This document shows positions 1-12,700 of a stretch of DNA of 64,000 bases, piece after piece; positions within the stretch are counted from its first letter, which is position 1, and the number at the start of each line of letters is the position of its first letter. Location: assembly GCA_032718475.1 (NCBI GenBank), contig JAUCBJ010005607.1, forward strand, positions 1-64,000, read 5' to 3'. This DNA comes from Nemertoderma westbladi. Taxonomy: Eukaryota; Animalia; Xenacoelomorpha. The position numbers and the translations under genes are program-made. The notes below the pieces were generated by a model. That model made no database searches. It saw nothing but the letters and a program-made list of their open reading frames with translations, and was not told the origin of the DNA.

Positions 1-678
1 ACGTGGTGAAAAGGTGAATAACCGTAGGGTTAGGCAAACATCGCCGTTGGTTGGTTGGGTGGTTGGGTGGGTAACAGCTGTGGATTGAGTAGCGATGGGA
101 TGGGGGCTAGCCATGCATCGTGAGGTTAGGCTATGCGAAGTTGAATATTTTGTTATCTGAAAAATTGCAAAATTAAATTTAGTTACTGGTGAAAAATAGT
201 AGAAGTTACCTGATGCTAAGTGTAGACACTCGAACACCTGGAAGATAAAGGTTAGTGAATATAAAAATTGCGATTTGAAAAATAGTAGAAGTTACCTGTA
301 GACACCTCTAGCGTCTGTAAAATAAAGGTTGCTGAATATGAAAATACTGGTTGCTGAAAAATAACGATTTGAAAAATAGTAGAAGTTACCTGATGCTAAG
401 TGTAGACACCCGAACACCTGTAAAATAAAGGCTTATGATTGGATGCAGTACTAGAGTTGGGTGACTAATAACGCCTCTAGCGGAAGATGCGGGAACTTGA
501 GAAGTTGCAGTGGTTACGGATGAAATGCTGACATCTGATTGGTTGAAATAATAACGACCACTGGTAAAGGTTGAAATGGTGGCTTCTGATTGGCTGCAGT
601 ACTAGAAAATGGATGGTAATGATGGTAATGATGGGCTACGGGTGACCATGACGCAGTGTACAAGTATATCATACTACT
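1..678. mobile_element. Right terminus (TIR and subterminal repeats) of a Polinton/Maverick-type element extending upstream of the window
   Basis: Ends ...TATCATACTACT (678). The reverse complement AGTAGTATGATA is identical to the first 12 nt of the Maverick starting at 49480, and AGTAGT termini are typical of Polintons. Degenerate subterminal repeats (GAAAAATAGTAGAAGTTACCTG x3, TGATTGG x3). Abuts RTE coding sequence at 679. Confidence 0.65.
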
Positions 679-876
679 GTCATACCAGATCTACTTTTCT
701 GGCAACCAACTCATGGAAAGCGTAGTCGTGGACGACCGGCCATAACATATATAGATCAACTTGAACGGGATACTGAACTTGGGAGAAACGAAATTGCGAC
801 AACCATGGAGAATCGGGAAGCCTGGAAGGATCTCATTTCCACTGTCCGAGTTTGCTCGACCTAGTAGTAGTAGTAG
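679..876 (+). mobile_element. 3' end of an RTE-clade LINE (different subfamily from the 43719 copy)
   Basis: Translates VIPDLLFWQPTHGKRSRGRPAITYIDQLERDTELGRNEIATTMENREAW...*, homologous to the C-terminus of ORF 43725-45137 (LVLWQPHG...GGQP...DTGL...MGDRELW). Followed by a (TAG)5 tail. Confidence 0.85.
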
Positions 877-1696
877 AACAATATGATAATGCTCTCCATA
901 GCGAAATTTATAATTAATTAATAATTAATAATTATTATTATAATTATTATAAATAATTTATAATATAATAAATTATAATTTGTTTGAAGAAAAGTGTCTC
1001 CCCAACTCTGTTTCAGAATTAGAAATGTTATATTGCTTCTTTTATCGCGAATTTTTACAGAATAATATTAGATATAATATGCTAGCGAACCAATTAGACG
1101 ACATTATGTTTGAGGAATATCCCTCAAACCATATTCCATCAAACCTTGATAAACACTCGGTTTTGTTGGATTGTAATATAAGATATTGTGTATCTAAATA
1201 AGCACATATATTATTATCTATTAAATTGAAATCAGGATCAACATCTCCAGAAGGACCCTGCGTATTACTATTAATGTTTAATTGGAATTAATTATAATAA
1301 TATACTAACAAATCAAAGACCAACAATGTAAAAGCTCCCACAAAACAAATACCAAATTAAAAAAGAAGCTAGCACAGTAGGCCTATTCAAATGTTGAGGT
1401 GGGTGTTTCCAAAACTTCGAAGTAGCAAATATATGTATAAATCTTTTTAATGCAATTCAATATAACTCAAGAGATTTGAAAAATTCGTTGAAATAATTGT
1501 GGTCTTCAACAAATCATGGTCTACATAATAAATACTGTATATGCATAAAACGTTTTCGAAAGTTCTCAAAAATAGTGGCATTTCACCAAGATCACGAATT
1601 TCATAAACACTGCGAATTTTGCATAGAAAAATGCAGAACTTGTGCCTTAATGATGCACAAAGCACAATTCATATGTTATATAAATATTGTTTACAG

Positions 1697-1880
1697 TGGA
1701 AGAAAATATTTCCGATAATTCACCTTGTATCGCATCCTCCGAATATGATGGTCATCTTCTACACAGATGCTCTAATGCTCTAACTGATGTCAGATACAAC
1801 TATGATTGGGTCACAACCGGTACTGGGGTTAATAATTGGATTAAAATATATTTTCTAGGAACTCCAAAAACCATCACAAG
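1697..1880 (+). CDS. Host gene exon A: N-terminal part of a discoidin/F5-8C (galactose-binding-like) domain
   Basis: Acceptor tgtttacag|, donor AAG|gttagt, phase 1 to 2. Peptide EENISDNSPCIASSEYDG...CSNAL...DWVTTGTGVNNWIKIYF...KTIT matches the ASSxY...W...WIxIxF pattern of this fold. Joins in frame to 8371. Confidence 0.75.
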
Positions 1881-1890
1881 GTTAGTTAAG

Positions 1891-3175
1891 AAAGAGGGCA
1901 ATAGGCCTATACCGGTACCTGCACACCAGTATGACTATAACATGCAGGGATATAATATATACCCAGGGGAGGGGGGAGGTATTGCGGATAGGTGTGTGGG
2001 CCCCAACATGATAACATCAACCCAGTACCAAACATAACACCGGTGGGAGAGGGGACAGGGTGACATTCCCCCATTACAATATCAGCAATACACTCAACCG
2101 AGAATAAAAACCCCGAACCCCTTGAATCAGAATAGGTCGTGCGATACGGAGATATGGAGGGGACCATTACCTCCGATGATATATCCAACACAGGAAAAGT
2201 CGACGGGCCCGACGGGTGAACCACTCCCAACAGCAAAAGAATCTGTATCCCCACTCATCGACGCGCTGAAGACTAGGATCGAGCTGCCGTTCGATGGTAG
2301 TAAGCCGGAGGAATATCTGCAATTCCGGCGTATGTACAGCAATAAAATTTTAACAAAAAACCTGACGCAGGAGGAGTGCCTAAAATATCTACAAGTCTAC
2401 ACAGGGGGGCCAGCATACGACATCGTGAGACAATACCAAGGTATTGGAGGAGGATTCACGACTCCATGGCGAGCCCTGGACAGGGAATTCGGGCATCCTG
2501 CGAAGATTATCCGACAAACCTTAAGGGGAATAACATCATGCAGACTCCAGGACAACCCTGTCAGCATCAAAACCTTCGCCAACAAAGTAGAAAATGCGCT
2601 AATAGTATTAAAGACCCTGCCTGGATGCACCTTACGAACTCAATGCATCAAACAACATCACTGCAATAGCGCAGGCACTACTGATCTGGCTGAGAAACAA
2701 ATGGAGAAAGATCGCTTTCTCCACACGAGAAAGGAAAGGTGCGGAACCAGGGCTGGAGGAGATGTCGAACTTCCTTAACTACGAAGCGGAATTAATCACG
2801 GACCCAGTCTATAGTGAGGAGAGTCTCGGTAAGGTACCGAAAGCGGAATGCAGCCGGCCTAAACCCGAACATAGTCCGGCGGACGCATTTCCGAGAGTGA
2901 GGCAATCGTTGCCGTATGCAAGCGTCGTGGGGACTTGTAGTCCACAGCACAGCGGTGGTGACTATGGAGGAAACAACACCCCTGATTCAGGTTTGCGCAA
3001 CCAACTTGGATCTGGACGAAATATGCAAGACGCTATACAGAGAGCATTATAACCCATTCTATAGGTGTCAAATACATAGAAAGCATGTGCATATGTGGGA
3101 TGCGACGCATAAGACCATCGATTGCGACCAGTGGCAGGCACTGCTGAAAGAAGATCGATTAGCCTATAAGAGATA
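1891..3175 (+). pseudogene. BEL/Pao LTR retrotransposon gag fragment (DUF1759-like), frameshifted
   Basis: ORFs 2122-2778, 2762-3052 and 2916-3320 give LPFDGSKPEEYLQF...LKYLQVYTGGPAYDIV...ALDREFGHP and WLRNKWRK...MSNFLNYEAELITDPVYS. The C-terminal part is clearly homologous to 48050-48578 (- strand). Confidence 0.85.
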
Positions 3176-3211
3176 CTTTCGGGATGTCCACCTGTTGGCG
3201 TTTCACCTTGG

Positions 3212-3420
3212 TGCTAGCCTCACTAGCTGGTTTCTCCCTCTGAGGTGGTTTGACCTCTCACCTCCCTCTGTGGCTTACGGTGTGTATCCCCCCCCCCCCC
3301 CCCCCCCCAGTTGGTTATGAGGTGAGATTATTATTGGTAATCTCACATCGCCAACTATATTGGTAAAATGCCACTAGTCCCATTTTAGGTGGGTAATGCA
3401 CGGAATTGAATACGCTTACA
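3212..3420 (-). mobile_element. Partial LTR of the same BEL/Pao family, opposite orientation to the adjacent gag
   Basis: Aligns by eye with 25020-25211 and 30650-30848, ending in the same LTR terminus ...CGCTTACA. Confidence 0.85.
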
Positions 3421-4940
3421 ATGTGTTTTATGGTGTCTTCACTGAAACAGTAATCCCTGTTGTAATTCACGCTGTTCCCATGGTCATTGCCAATAGCGAG
3501 ATTGTTAAGACTGGGATCCAGACGTATAGAAAATTAATATCTGGTACTAAATTTAACTTAATTTAACGTAATATAAAGCAATAATATCAGTATGGCATGG
3601 GTTGAGGGACCGTTTACGTACATAAAAACAGACATAGAAACAATAAATCACAGCCCAGGAAATCGCCCCATAACATTAGCTATTACAGCCCTTAGCAATG
3701 TACTTTTAGGAGATGGTGTGCTTTACTTTTTATTTGGACAGGCAGACAGTTGGAGAATTCGACAGATAGTGAATGAATATAATCGACAGATAGTTAAGAA
3801 AATGAATTTAAATTCAATATTATAGTCCAACAAAAATGTATATTGCACTTTATTCAAACATATTTCATTTTTTGAGGAGGATGCAATTTCAATAGTGTTG
3901 ACTTCAAACACAGTAACCCCCATTATCTTATTAGTATTTTACGGTTTGTTTACGCAGTCTGAGCTACTCTGCTTGATTTTTCCATGAAAAAATCGTTGAT
4001 TGATGTCACCATTGATATAAAAATGCATGGAGAGTGTAACTGGAAAAATAACAACCAGTTTACAAGTAAAAAAAAAGTCGGCCCACTAAATTTGGAGGGT
4101 TGCTGCAGCTTGCCAGGTCGCATTATAGTAGGTCATGAGTAGCCCGGTAGGGCGAAAACGTTCACATACACCTAACCCTTTTTTACTGCCAGGCAAGACC
4201 CCGAATAAAACTCCAATTTTAATTTGGTATTTCATTTAAAACATTATGCCACCCCTGGCCAATGCCAACCGCTTCATCTCACAACTTGTTTAGTTTACTA
4301 CAACGACCCAGCTACCTGACTACATCTAAAGATCGGTAGCCTTATTTCATCGATCTCAGTGTGAGTCTAAATCTCATTATTTGGTTATAAACAAATTAAA
4401 CATGGAATAAGGTACAAGGTGATTGTTTGTGCTTAAAAGGGAATTAAATTTGTTCTCATCTTGTTGCAGTCTAGCTGTACTCTAACATCTAAGATGAACT
4501 TGAACTTGGATTGGGTTATGGTATGCAGCATCCCAAGAATATTTATAGAATGTCTTAATCTGTGCCTGGTGCGGTTAAAAAATCGTACAAGCAAATTCGT
4601 CAGGGCGGTAGAACACCTTTAGTTGCTAATCCCCAAACAACCGACAACAGTTGTTGGTCCTGGTCCAGACTTGATTGGATTCGATTAATAAATACTACTC
4701 TTCTATTATAATAAAGGAAGAAGATTCTATTATAATACTCTTCTTAGATTTTACTTTTTAATTGATACTTACTATTATAATTTTATGCTTTTTATTAAAA
4801 TTATTACAAATTAGTACAAATTATTATGTCTTGTTTGACTGTTTGCATTTGTGTGGACTTTTTGTCCTGTCTGACTGTCTGTATTTATGGGAAGTCTTTT
4901 TGTCCTGTCTGACTGACTTTATTTGTGTGGTCCTGTTGAG

Positions 4941-6167
4941 AGGGATCCCATTGAGAGACTGCTCCATGGAAATCAGAATGTGTTCCGAAAAGATCATGGG
5001 ACCATGGATACCATTTTGGCAATTAGAAGAATAATTGAAGAGTTATCAAAAAAGAAATACAGGTCTGGGTGTTATCTTTGTTGAATTCTTCAAAGCCTTT
5101 GATTCAGTCTCTTGGTCATGTATATTCAGCATACTTTCACAATATGGGATTCCTTATGAAATTATTGCAGCAATCATATCAGTATACTGTGGCTCGACAA
5201 CATTTGTGTCTACTGCTGATAGTGACACAGAACCATTTGAAGTTTATGGGGAATCCTCCAGGGAGACGTACACTTGCGCTATTCTTGTTCATAAATGTGG
5301 TTGACTATGTCCTATACAGGTCCTTACATCATCATAATGATGATGGGGTGATGGTAACTCCACCTACTGGCTCCAGAAGTCGAGGAAATCCTACCAAGTA
5401 CCTAACTTATCTAAACTTTGCTGATGACTTAGGATCACTAGAATCACTAGAGGGAGCCCAACGGCTCCTCAGCTCATTAGAACAGGCTGCTTCTCGTTAA
5501 ATAACTAAATTACTAAAATAGCTAAATTAACTCCAAAAACACAACAATTTTGACAGTTAACTGTGAAAGTCCTCAGCAAGTCTCTGACCGGATGAGCATA
5601 AGCTCAAAGGATGGTATGCTTGAGCATATGGATGACTTCTGTTACCTGGGATTATGGATCCGTAAATCAGGTGAGGACCTTCGAATATGCAAGGAAAAGG
5701 CATGGGCAGCCTTGAATAGGCTTTCCAGGATTTGGAAGTCACCGTGAATTAATCGGAAACTTAAGGTCCGACTATTTAGAGCAGCAGTAGTTCCAGTACT
5801 CTTCTATGGGAGTACATGCTGGGCTCTAACTGCTGAGGACTCCAAATCTCCGGATGGCACATTCACAAGAATGCTATGCCGGGTTCACTGTGGCAAGTAC
5901 AATGCACACATCTTCAACCACACACTATATAACATTGGAGGTTCCCCAAAGCTTGACACTAGAACAAAGCCGCATCCGCTTTGCAGGACATTGCTTTCAC
6001 CATCGCCATTTGCAGACGCATCTTAAAGGACACTGGCCTTGAAGATGCGGATGATCTAGCAAATGTCATGGCCCATAGGGAGTTGTGGCGGCGCAATTTT
6101 GTCGACAAGCTGGCACAGCATTCTTAAAAATCCAGCTGCAATGCAGCATGCCGATCCTAGTAGTAGT
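4941..6167 (+). pseudogene. Degraded 5'-truncated RTE-clade LINE (RT domain)
   Basis: Colinear with 43881-45179, with stops, frameshifts and deletions. FKAFDSV and NFADD motifs; same 3' UTR and TAG tail. Confidence 0.9.
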
Positions 6168-7070
6168 CCTTTCTGACTCTCTGTATTTGTATGGTCTTTT
6201 TGTCCTGTCTGACTGTCTGTATTTCAGTATCGGTATCCAGCCTTAGTAACACTCTGACAACACCCAGCTAGATACCGTGACATGTACAGTATTTCCAGTT
6301 GTTTCCGCTTTTTAGCATATATTATACTGTATGTATAGTGTATGGGAACCGTGTCGAATCTAATTTAAATTAGCCCAAAGCATTTTGCATGACATTTCTC
6401 GCCTATCTCATCTTGACCAAACAGGAAACAATATTCGCCTATGGGTTGGGTATGGATATGCATGAACCTTTTTTTGTAATGACAACAACACCTTTGTAGC
6501 GAATAGCATCCCTAACGTTGATACTTTTATGTTTTTTGGTTCAACGAGTCAGCTTCAACCTTGGACAGTAGTAACACTACTGGCGTTGTGGATCCGTTGA
6601 ATCAACTAGGATAACATATACCACAACAAAGTGACTGCTTCTATCTATCCAGATGCCGGTCTGGACAAGTTTATCTATTGATGTAAATGTGAATCAAATT
6701 TCGCCTAATTAAGCACTATTATATTCAACATGCAGAACAATTTGGTAAGAGCTGGATGATAAGAAACTTCGTAGTACCAGATGATTGGCCTCAGTTCTGC
6801 AGAATCAGCCTTGTATAAGAATCCACACAAATTTATCAACTCAACAAATAATAGTTTGCTGGTACACTAAGAACCTTCCTTTCTTGAGATTGAGAGGCTT
6901 TAGTTGATATACGTTTAGCCAAATTTATTACTCTTCCCCTTCCAGAATCCGGTTGCAAACATCAAATCATGTTCTTCAAGTCAATCAGCTTTTAGGTAAC
7001 CCTTGACACTTTCCCTTCAGATACATTTAATAAAAACAGAAGGATAATAAAAATGTTTTATTTTTTTTTC

Positions 7071-8272
7071 GTCCGGCCCAGAGATACTAAGTCCAGCCCG
7101 GAGATACAAGTCCGGCCCGCAGATACTAAGTCTGGCCCGGAGATTCTAAGTCCGGCCCAGAGATACTAAGTCCAGCCCGGAGATACTGAGTCCAGCCCAG
7201 AGATACTAAGTCCGGCCCGGAGATACTAAGTCCAGCCCGCAGATACTAAGTCCGGCCTGGAGATGCTAAGTCCGGCCCGGAGATACTAAGTCCAGCCCAG
7301 AGATACTAAGTCTGGCCCGGAGATACTAAGTCCGGCCCGGAGATACTGCATCCAGCCCGGAGATACTAAGTCCGGCCTGGAGATATTAAGTCCAGCCCAG
7401 AGATACCATATCAGGTCCTGAGATACTAAGTCCAGCCTGGAGATACTATCTCAGGCCCGGAGATACTAAGTGCGGCCGGAGATATTAAGTCCGGCCCAGA
7501 GATACTATCTCAGGCCCTGAGATACTAAGTCCAGCCTGGAGATAAAATACAGAACAGGTTCATAGATGTTATAGCGTTGACATAGCAATCAAAAGAAACA
7601 AATTGCAGCCAATCAGCTAACTGGGTTCTCAATTCCAGATCAATGGCTGTTCTACAAGTACAGACATCTTGATGGGAACATGGAAATTGAGTTTCACATT
7701 TCAATTTGTGAGATAGGAGTATGGTAGCGTTGCGTTAAAGTAAAATCAGTAACACAGCTAGTGAAAATGACAGAATGACTACTGGCTGACTGGTGATGGA
7801 CTGGAGGCGATTAGCGAGTCAGCCAGTACACCACCCCACCCCAGTTTGCCAGTCCCGCTTAATACTCAAATTTAATTTCCCTCCGGGCCTGAGATAGTAT
7901 CTCCGGACCGGACTTAGTATCTCCGGGCCTGAGATATTATCTCTGGGCCGGACTTATTATTTCAGGGCCTGAGATTGTATCTCCAGGCCAGACTTAGTAT
8001 CTCCGGGCCGGACTTAGCATCTCTGGGCCAGACTTAGTATCTCAGGGCCTGAAATAGTATCTCCAGGCCAGACTTCGTATCTCTGGGCCGGACTTAGTAT
8101 CTCCAGGCTGGACTTAGTATCTTCGGGCCGGACTTAGTATTTCCGGGCCTGAGATATTATCTCCGGGCCGGACTTATTATCTCTGGCCCAGACTTAGTAT
8201 CTCTGGACCGGACTTAGTATCTCCAGGCCAGACTTAGTATCTCTGGCACAGACTTAGTATCTCGGGGCCTGT
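7071..8272. mobile_element. Foldback-like element: two inverted arrays of a 20-bp unit (GAGATACTAAGTCCGGCCCG) around a ~335-bp spacer
   Basis: Forward array 7071-7544 (~24 units) and reverse-complement array 7881-8272 (~19 units). The variant unit TACTATCTCAGGCCC is concentrated toward the inner side of both arms. No TSD identified. Confidence 0.7.
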
Positions 8273-8370
8273 CTTAAAAAAAATGGGGAAACCCATGTCC
8301 CTTTAGGGGCTCCGTAGATACTGCATTGAATGTAGTAAATTTATAAACCTGTCACTACTCCACTTTACAG

Positions 8371-8517
8371 CTTTGAATTCCAAGAACCTTCCCTCTGTCC
8401 ATGGTGCACTGTCGACCAGGATTGCCACAAACCAACCAGCAAGGCTCTCACCATAACATGTGACACAACTACGACCCCAACTGTTAGACAAGTAGCATTG
8501 GTTGGCGATGAAACCAG
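8371..8517 (+). CDS. Host gene exon B (middle of discoidin-like domain)
   Basis: Acceptor ccactttacag|, donor CAG|gtagtt, 147 nt, phase 2 to 2. Open as (S)FEFQEPSLCPWCTVDQDCHKPTSKALTITCDTTTTPTVRQVALVGDET, in frame with exons A and C. Confidence 0.65.
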
Positions 8518-9109
8518 GTAGTTATGAACATAATTATATTCTTATTATTAAATTATTTAGATTAATTTTTAGCAATTAATGAAGAAATTGGTTAAGTTTG
8601 CAAGTCTGGATGATTAATATTCTTCTGACACATGATGGTGTCAGTGTCAGACCCACCATACCAATGTAGTCACAATAATATGATTTAGAATTCTAAATCA
8701 TATTATTGTGACTACATTGGTAGAACCATAGTGATTATTAGAATTATGTGCTTTTGTAATAACCATAAGAACATATAGATATCAAAAACGAGGCCCTGTT
8801 CATTTATTCCAACCCATTCTGCATCTTTAATTATGTATTTTGTGAGCCCCAAAGACACACCAGACTCGACTGCAGTAATGCAAAGCTCCCCAGACATCTC
8901 ATCCAGTTCCAGCCCTCCGCAAAGCAGATGTCGCGTTTTTCAGACATTTTTAAACTCTTGATGTTAAAAAATCTGTATGGTAGTTGGTGACATACCGCCA
9001 AATGCTGATATAATCAGCAGGGTGAAGGTTGTCAGTTCCACTTCCACCACTCATTGCTCATAGTTATTATGTTTTCACTACTCATGGAATGAGTGCATAC
9101 CTTCCATCC

Positions 9110-9445
9110 ATTACATATCAGCATTCGTCTAAGCTAATTTTCAAAAGGTAGAAAGCTTGATAATAAAACATCAAAACAACCTTTTCTAATCTTGCACTCT
9201 CGAAAACCTGGTTATATGACAACAAAACTTTCAAATTCCCTCTACCAAATTACACTCAATTTCCAAGAAACAGAAGAGACAAGTCTGGTGGTGGTGTTGC
9301 TTTATATATCCACTCTGACCTACCAGCAACAGAGCAGAAGGACCTACGAATTAAATCTGAATCCCCAGTTGAATCATTGTTAGTTGAAATCCCCCAGCGA
9401 AAAGCAAAAGACATTCTTGCCGGTGTTTAATATCGACCACCCGGA
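9110..9445 (+). pseudogene. Degraded APE-endonuclease fragment of a CR1/L2-group LINE
   Basis: Translates LALSKTWL...PNYTQFPRNRRDKSGGGVA/(frameshift)YIHSDL...VESLLVEI...LAGV*YRPP. These are the xETWL, R..GGGV and YRPP motifs of LINE endonucleases. Confidence 0.8.
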
Positions 9446-9791
9446 ACCAGTGTTCCAGATACAATTGCAGCATTAACTCCAATTCTAACAAAAATAAATC
9501 ATGTTTAGTGCTGTGCTCAAAACACAGCCAAATAAAGGCTAAAACAAACTCATAATCCTCTAAAAAGAAATTAATTAAAATGTCTTGAAATATATAATGA
9601 TAGCAAACCAAATTCCGGACCCCGTCAAATACCGGACCAAAGCCTGATAGTCTGATAGTTTCCCCCCGATGGTGAAGTACCTAACTACTACTAAATTAGA
9701 GTGAAAAGAAACCAAAACAGTAAATAATAAACCCTTTGTGTTAACGGCAATTGCCGAAAAGTCGCAGGACGGTCTGTGGAAATTTAGAAAC

Positions 9792-12700
9792 AATAGGCGG
9801 ACACTGTCACTTCCTACCAATCTTAGAACTTACCAGTCGGCTAACGTCTAATGAGATACAAGCGAATGAAATAGGAGGACACTGTCACTTCCTACCAATC
9901 CTGAGAACTTACCAGTCGGCTAACGTCTAATGAGATACAAGCGGATGAAATAGGAGGACACTGTCACTTCCTACCAATCCTGAGAACTTACCAGTCGGCT
10001 AACGTCTACTGAGATACAAGCGGATGAAATAGACGGACACTGTCACGTCCTACCAATCCTGAGAACTTACCAGTCGGCTAATGTCTAATGAGATACAAGC
10101 GGATGAAATAGGCGGACACTGTCACTTCCTACCAATCCTGAGAACTTACCAGTCGGCTAATGTCTAATGAGATACAAGCGGATGAAATAGGCGGACACTG
10201 TCACTTCCTACCAATCCTAGAACTTACCAGTCGGCTAATGTCTAATGAGATACAAGCGGATGAAATAGGAGGACACTGTCACTTCCTACCAATCCTGAGA
10301 ACTTACCAGTCGGCTAATGTCTAATGAGATACAAGCGGATGAAATAGGCGGACACTGTCACTTCCTACCAATCCTAGAACTTACCAGTCGGCTAATGTCT
10401 AATGAGATACAAGCGGATGAAATAGGAGGACACTGTCACTTCCTACCAATCCTGAGAACTCACCAGTCGGCTAATGTCTAATGAGATACAAGCGGATGAA
10501 ATAGGCGGACACTGTCACTTCCTACCAATCCTGAGAACTTACCAGTCGGCTAATGTCTAATCAGATACAAGCGGATGAAATATGCGAACACTGTCACTTC
10601 CTACCAATCCTGAGAACTTACCAGTCGGCTAATGTCTAATGAGATACAAGCGGATGAAATAGGCGGACACTGTCACTTCCTACCAATCCTGAGAACTTAC
10701 CAGTCGGATAATGTCTAATCAGATACAAGCAGATGAAATAGGCGGACACTGTCACTTCCTACCAATCCAATCCTGAGAACTTACCAGTCGGCTAATGTCT
10801 AATGAGATACAAGCGGATGAAATAGGCGGACACTGTCACTTCCTACCAATCCTAGAACTTACCAGTCGGCTAATGTCTAATGAGATACAAGCGGATGAAA
10901 TAGGCAGACACTGTCACTTCCTACCAATCCTGAGAACTTACCAGTCGGCTAATGTCTAATGAAATACAAGCGGATGAAATAGGCGGACACTGTCACTTCC
11001 TACCAATCCTAGAACTTACCAGTCGGCTAATGTCTAATGAGATACAAGCGGATGAAATAGGAGGACACTGTCACTTCCTACCAATCCTGAGAACTTACCA
11101 GTCGGCTAATGTCTAATGAGATACAAGCGGATGAAATAGGCGGACACTGTCACTTCCTACCAATCCTAGAACTTACCAGTCGGCTAATGTCTAATGAGAT
11201 ACAAGCGGATGAAATAGGAGGACACTGTCAATTCCTACCAATCCTGAGAACTTACCAGTCGGCTAATGTCTAATGAGATACAAGCGGATGAAATAGGCGG
11301 ACACTGTCACTTCCTACCAATCCTGAGAACTTACCAGTCGGCTAATGTCTAATCAGATACAAGCAGATGAAATAGGCGGACACTGTCACTTCCTACCAAT
11401 CCTGAGAACTTACCAGTCGGCTAACGTCTAATGAGATACAAGCGGATGAAATAGACGGACACTGTCACGTCCTACCAATCCTGAGAACTTACCAGTCGGC
11501 TAATGTCTAATGAGATACAAGCGGATGAAATAGGCGGACACTGTCACTTCCTACCAATCCTGAGAACTTACCAGTCGGCTAATGTCTAATGAAATACAAG
11601 CGGATGAAATAGGCGGACACTGTCACTTCCTACCAATCCTAGAACTTACCAGTCGGCTAATGTCTAATGAGATACAAGCGGATGAAATAGGAGGACACTG
11701 TCACTTCCTACCAATCCTGAGAACTTACCAGTCGGCTAATGTCTAATGAGATACAAGCGGATGAAATAGGCGGACACTGTCACTTCCTACCAATCCTAGA
11801 ACTTACCAGTCGGCTAATGTCTAATGAGATACAAGCGGATGAAATAGGAGGACACTGTCACTTCCTACCAATCCTGAGAACTTACCAGTCGGCTAATGTC
11901 TAATGAGATACAAGCGGATGAAATAGGCGGACACTGTCACTTCCTACCAATCCTGAGAACTTACCAGTCGGATAATGTCTAATCAGATACAAGCAGATGA
12001 AATAGGCGGACACTGTCACTTCCTACCAATCCAATCCTGAGAACTTACCAGTCGGCTAATGTCTAATGAGATACAAGCGGATGAAATAGGCGGACACTGT
12101 CACTTCCTACCAATCCTAGAACTTACCAGTCGGCTAATGTCTAATGAGATACAAGCGGATGAAATAGGCAGACACTGTCACTTCCTACCAATCCTGAGAA
12201 CTTACCAGTCGGCTAATGTCTAATGAAATACAAGCGGATGAAATAGGCGGACACTGTCACTTCCTACCAATCCTAGAACTTACCAGTCGGCTAATGTCTA
12301 ATGAGATACAAGCGGATGAAATAGGAGGACACTGTCACTTCCTACCAATCCTGAGAACTTACCAGTCGGCTAATGTCTAATGAGATACAAGCGGATGAAA
12401 TAGGCGGACACTGTCACTTCCTACCAATCCTGAGAACTTACCAGTCGGCTAATGTCTAATGAGATACAAGCGGATGAAATAGGCGGACACTGTCACTTCC
12501 TACCAATCCTGAGAACTTACCAGTCGGCTAATGTCTAATCAGATACAAGCAGATGAAATAGGCGGACACTGTCACTTCCTACCAATCCTGAGAACTTACC
12601 AGTCGGCTAACGTCTAATGAGATACAAGCGGATGAAATAGACGGACACTGTCACGTCCTACCAATCCTGAGAACTTACCAGTCGGCTAATGTCTAATGAG

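Noticed and set aside
980-1201. 73-aa ORF and other short AT-rich ORFs (4762-5034, 16242-18557, 37451-37983, 43429-43632, 53501-54038)
   Set aside because: No recognisable motifs, mostly non-ATG starts, and no splice-compatible placement in the host gene.
1687-2037. 116-aa ORF as a standalone gene
   Set aside because: A chimera of host exon A and intronic sequence past the splice donor. The ORF-track ends of 31706-32434 and 37838-38626 likewise overrun their donors.
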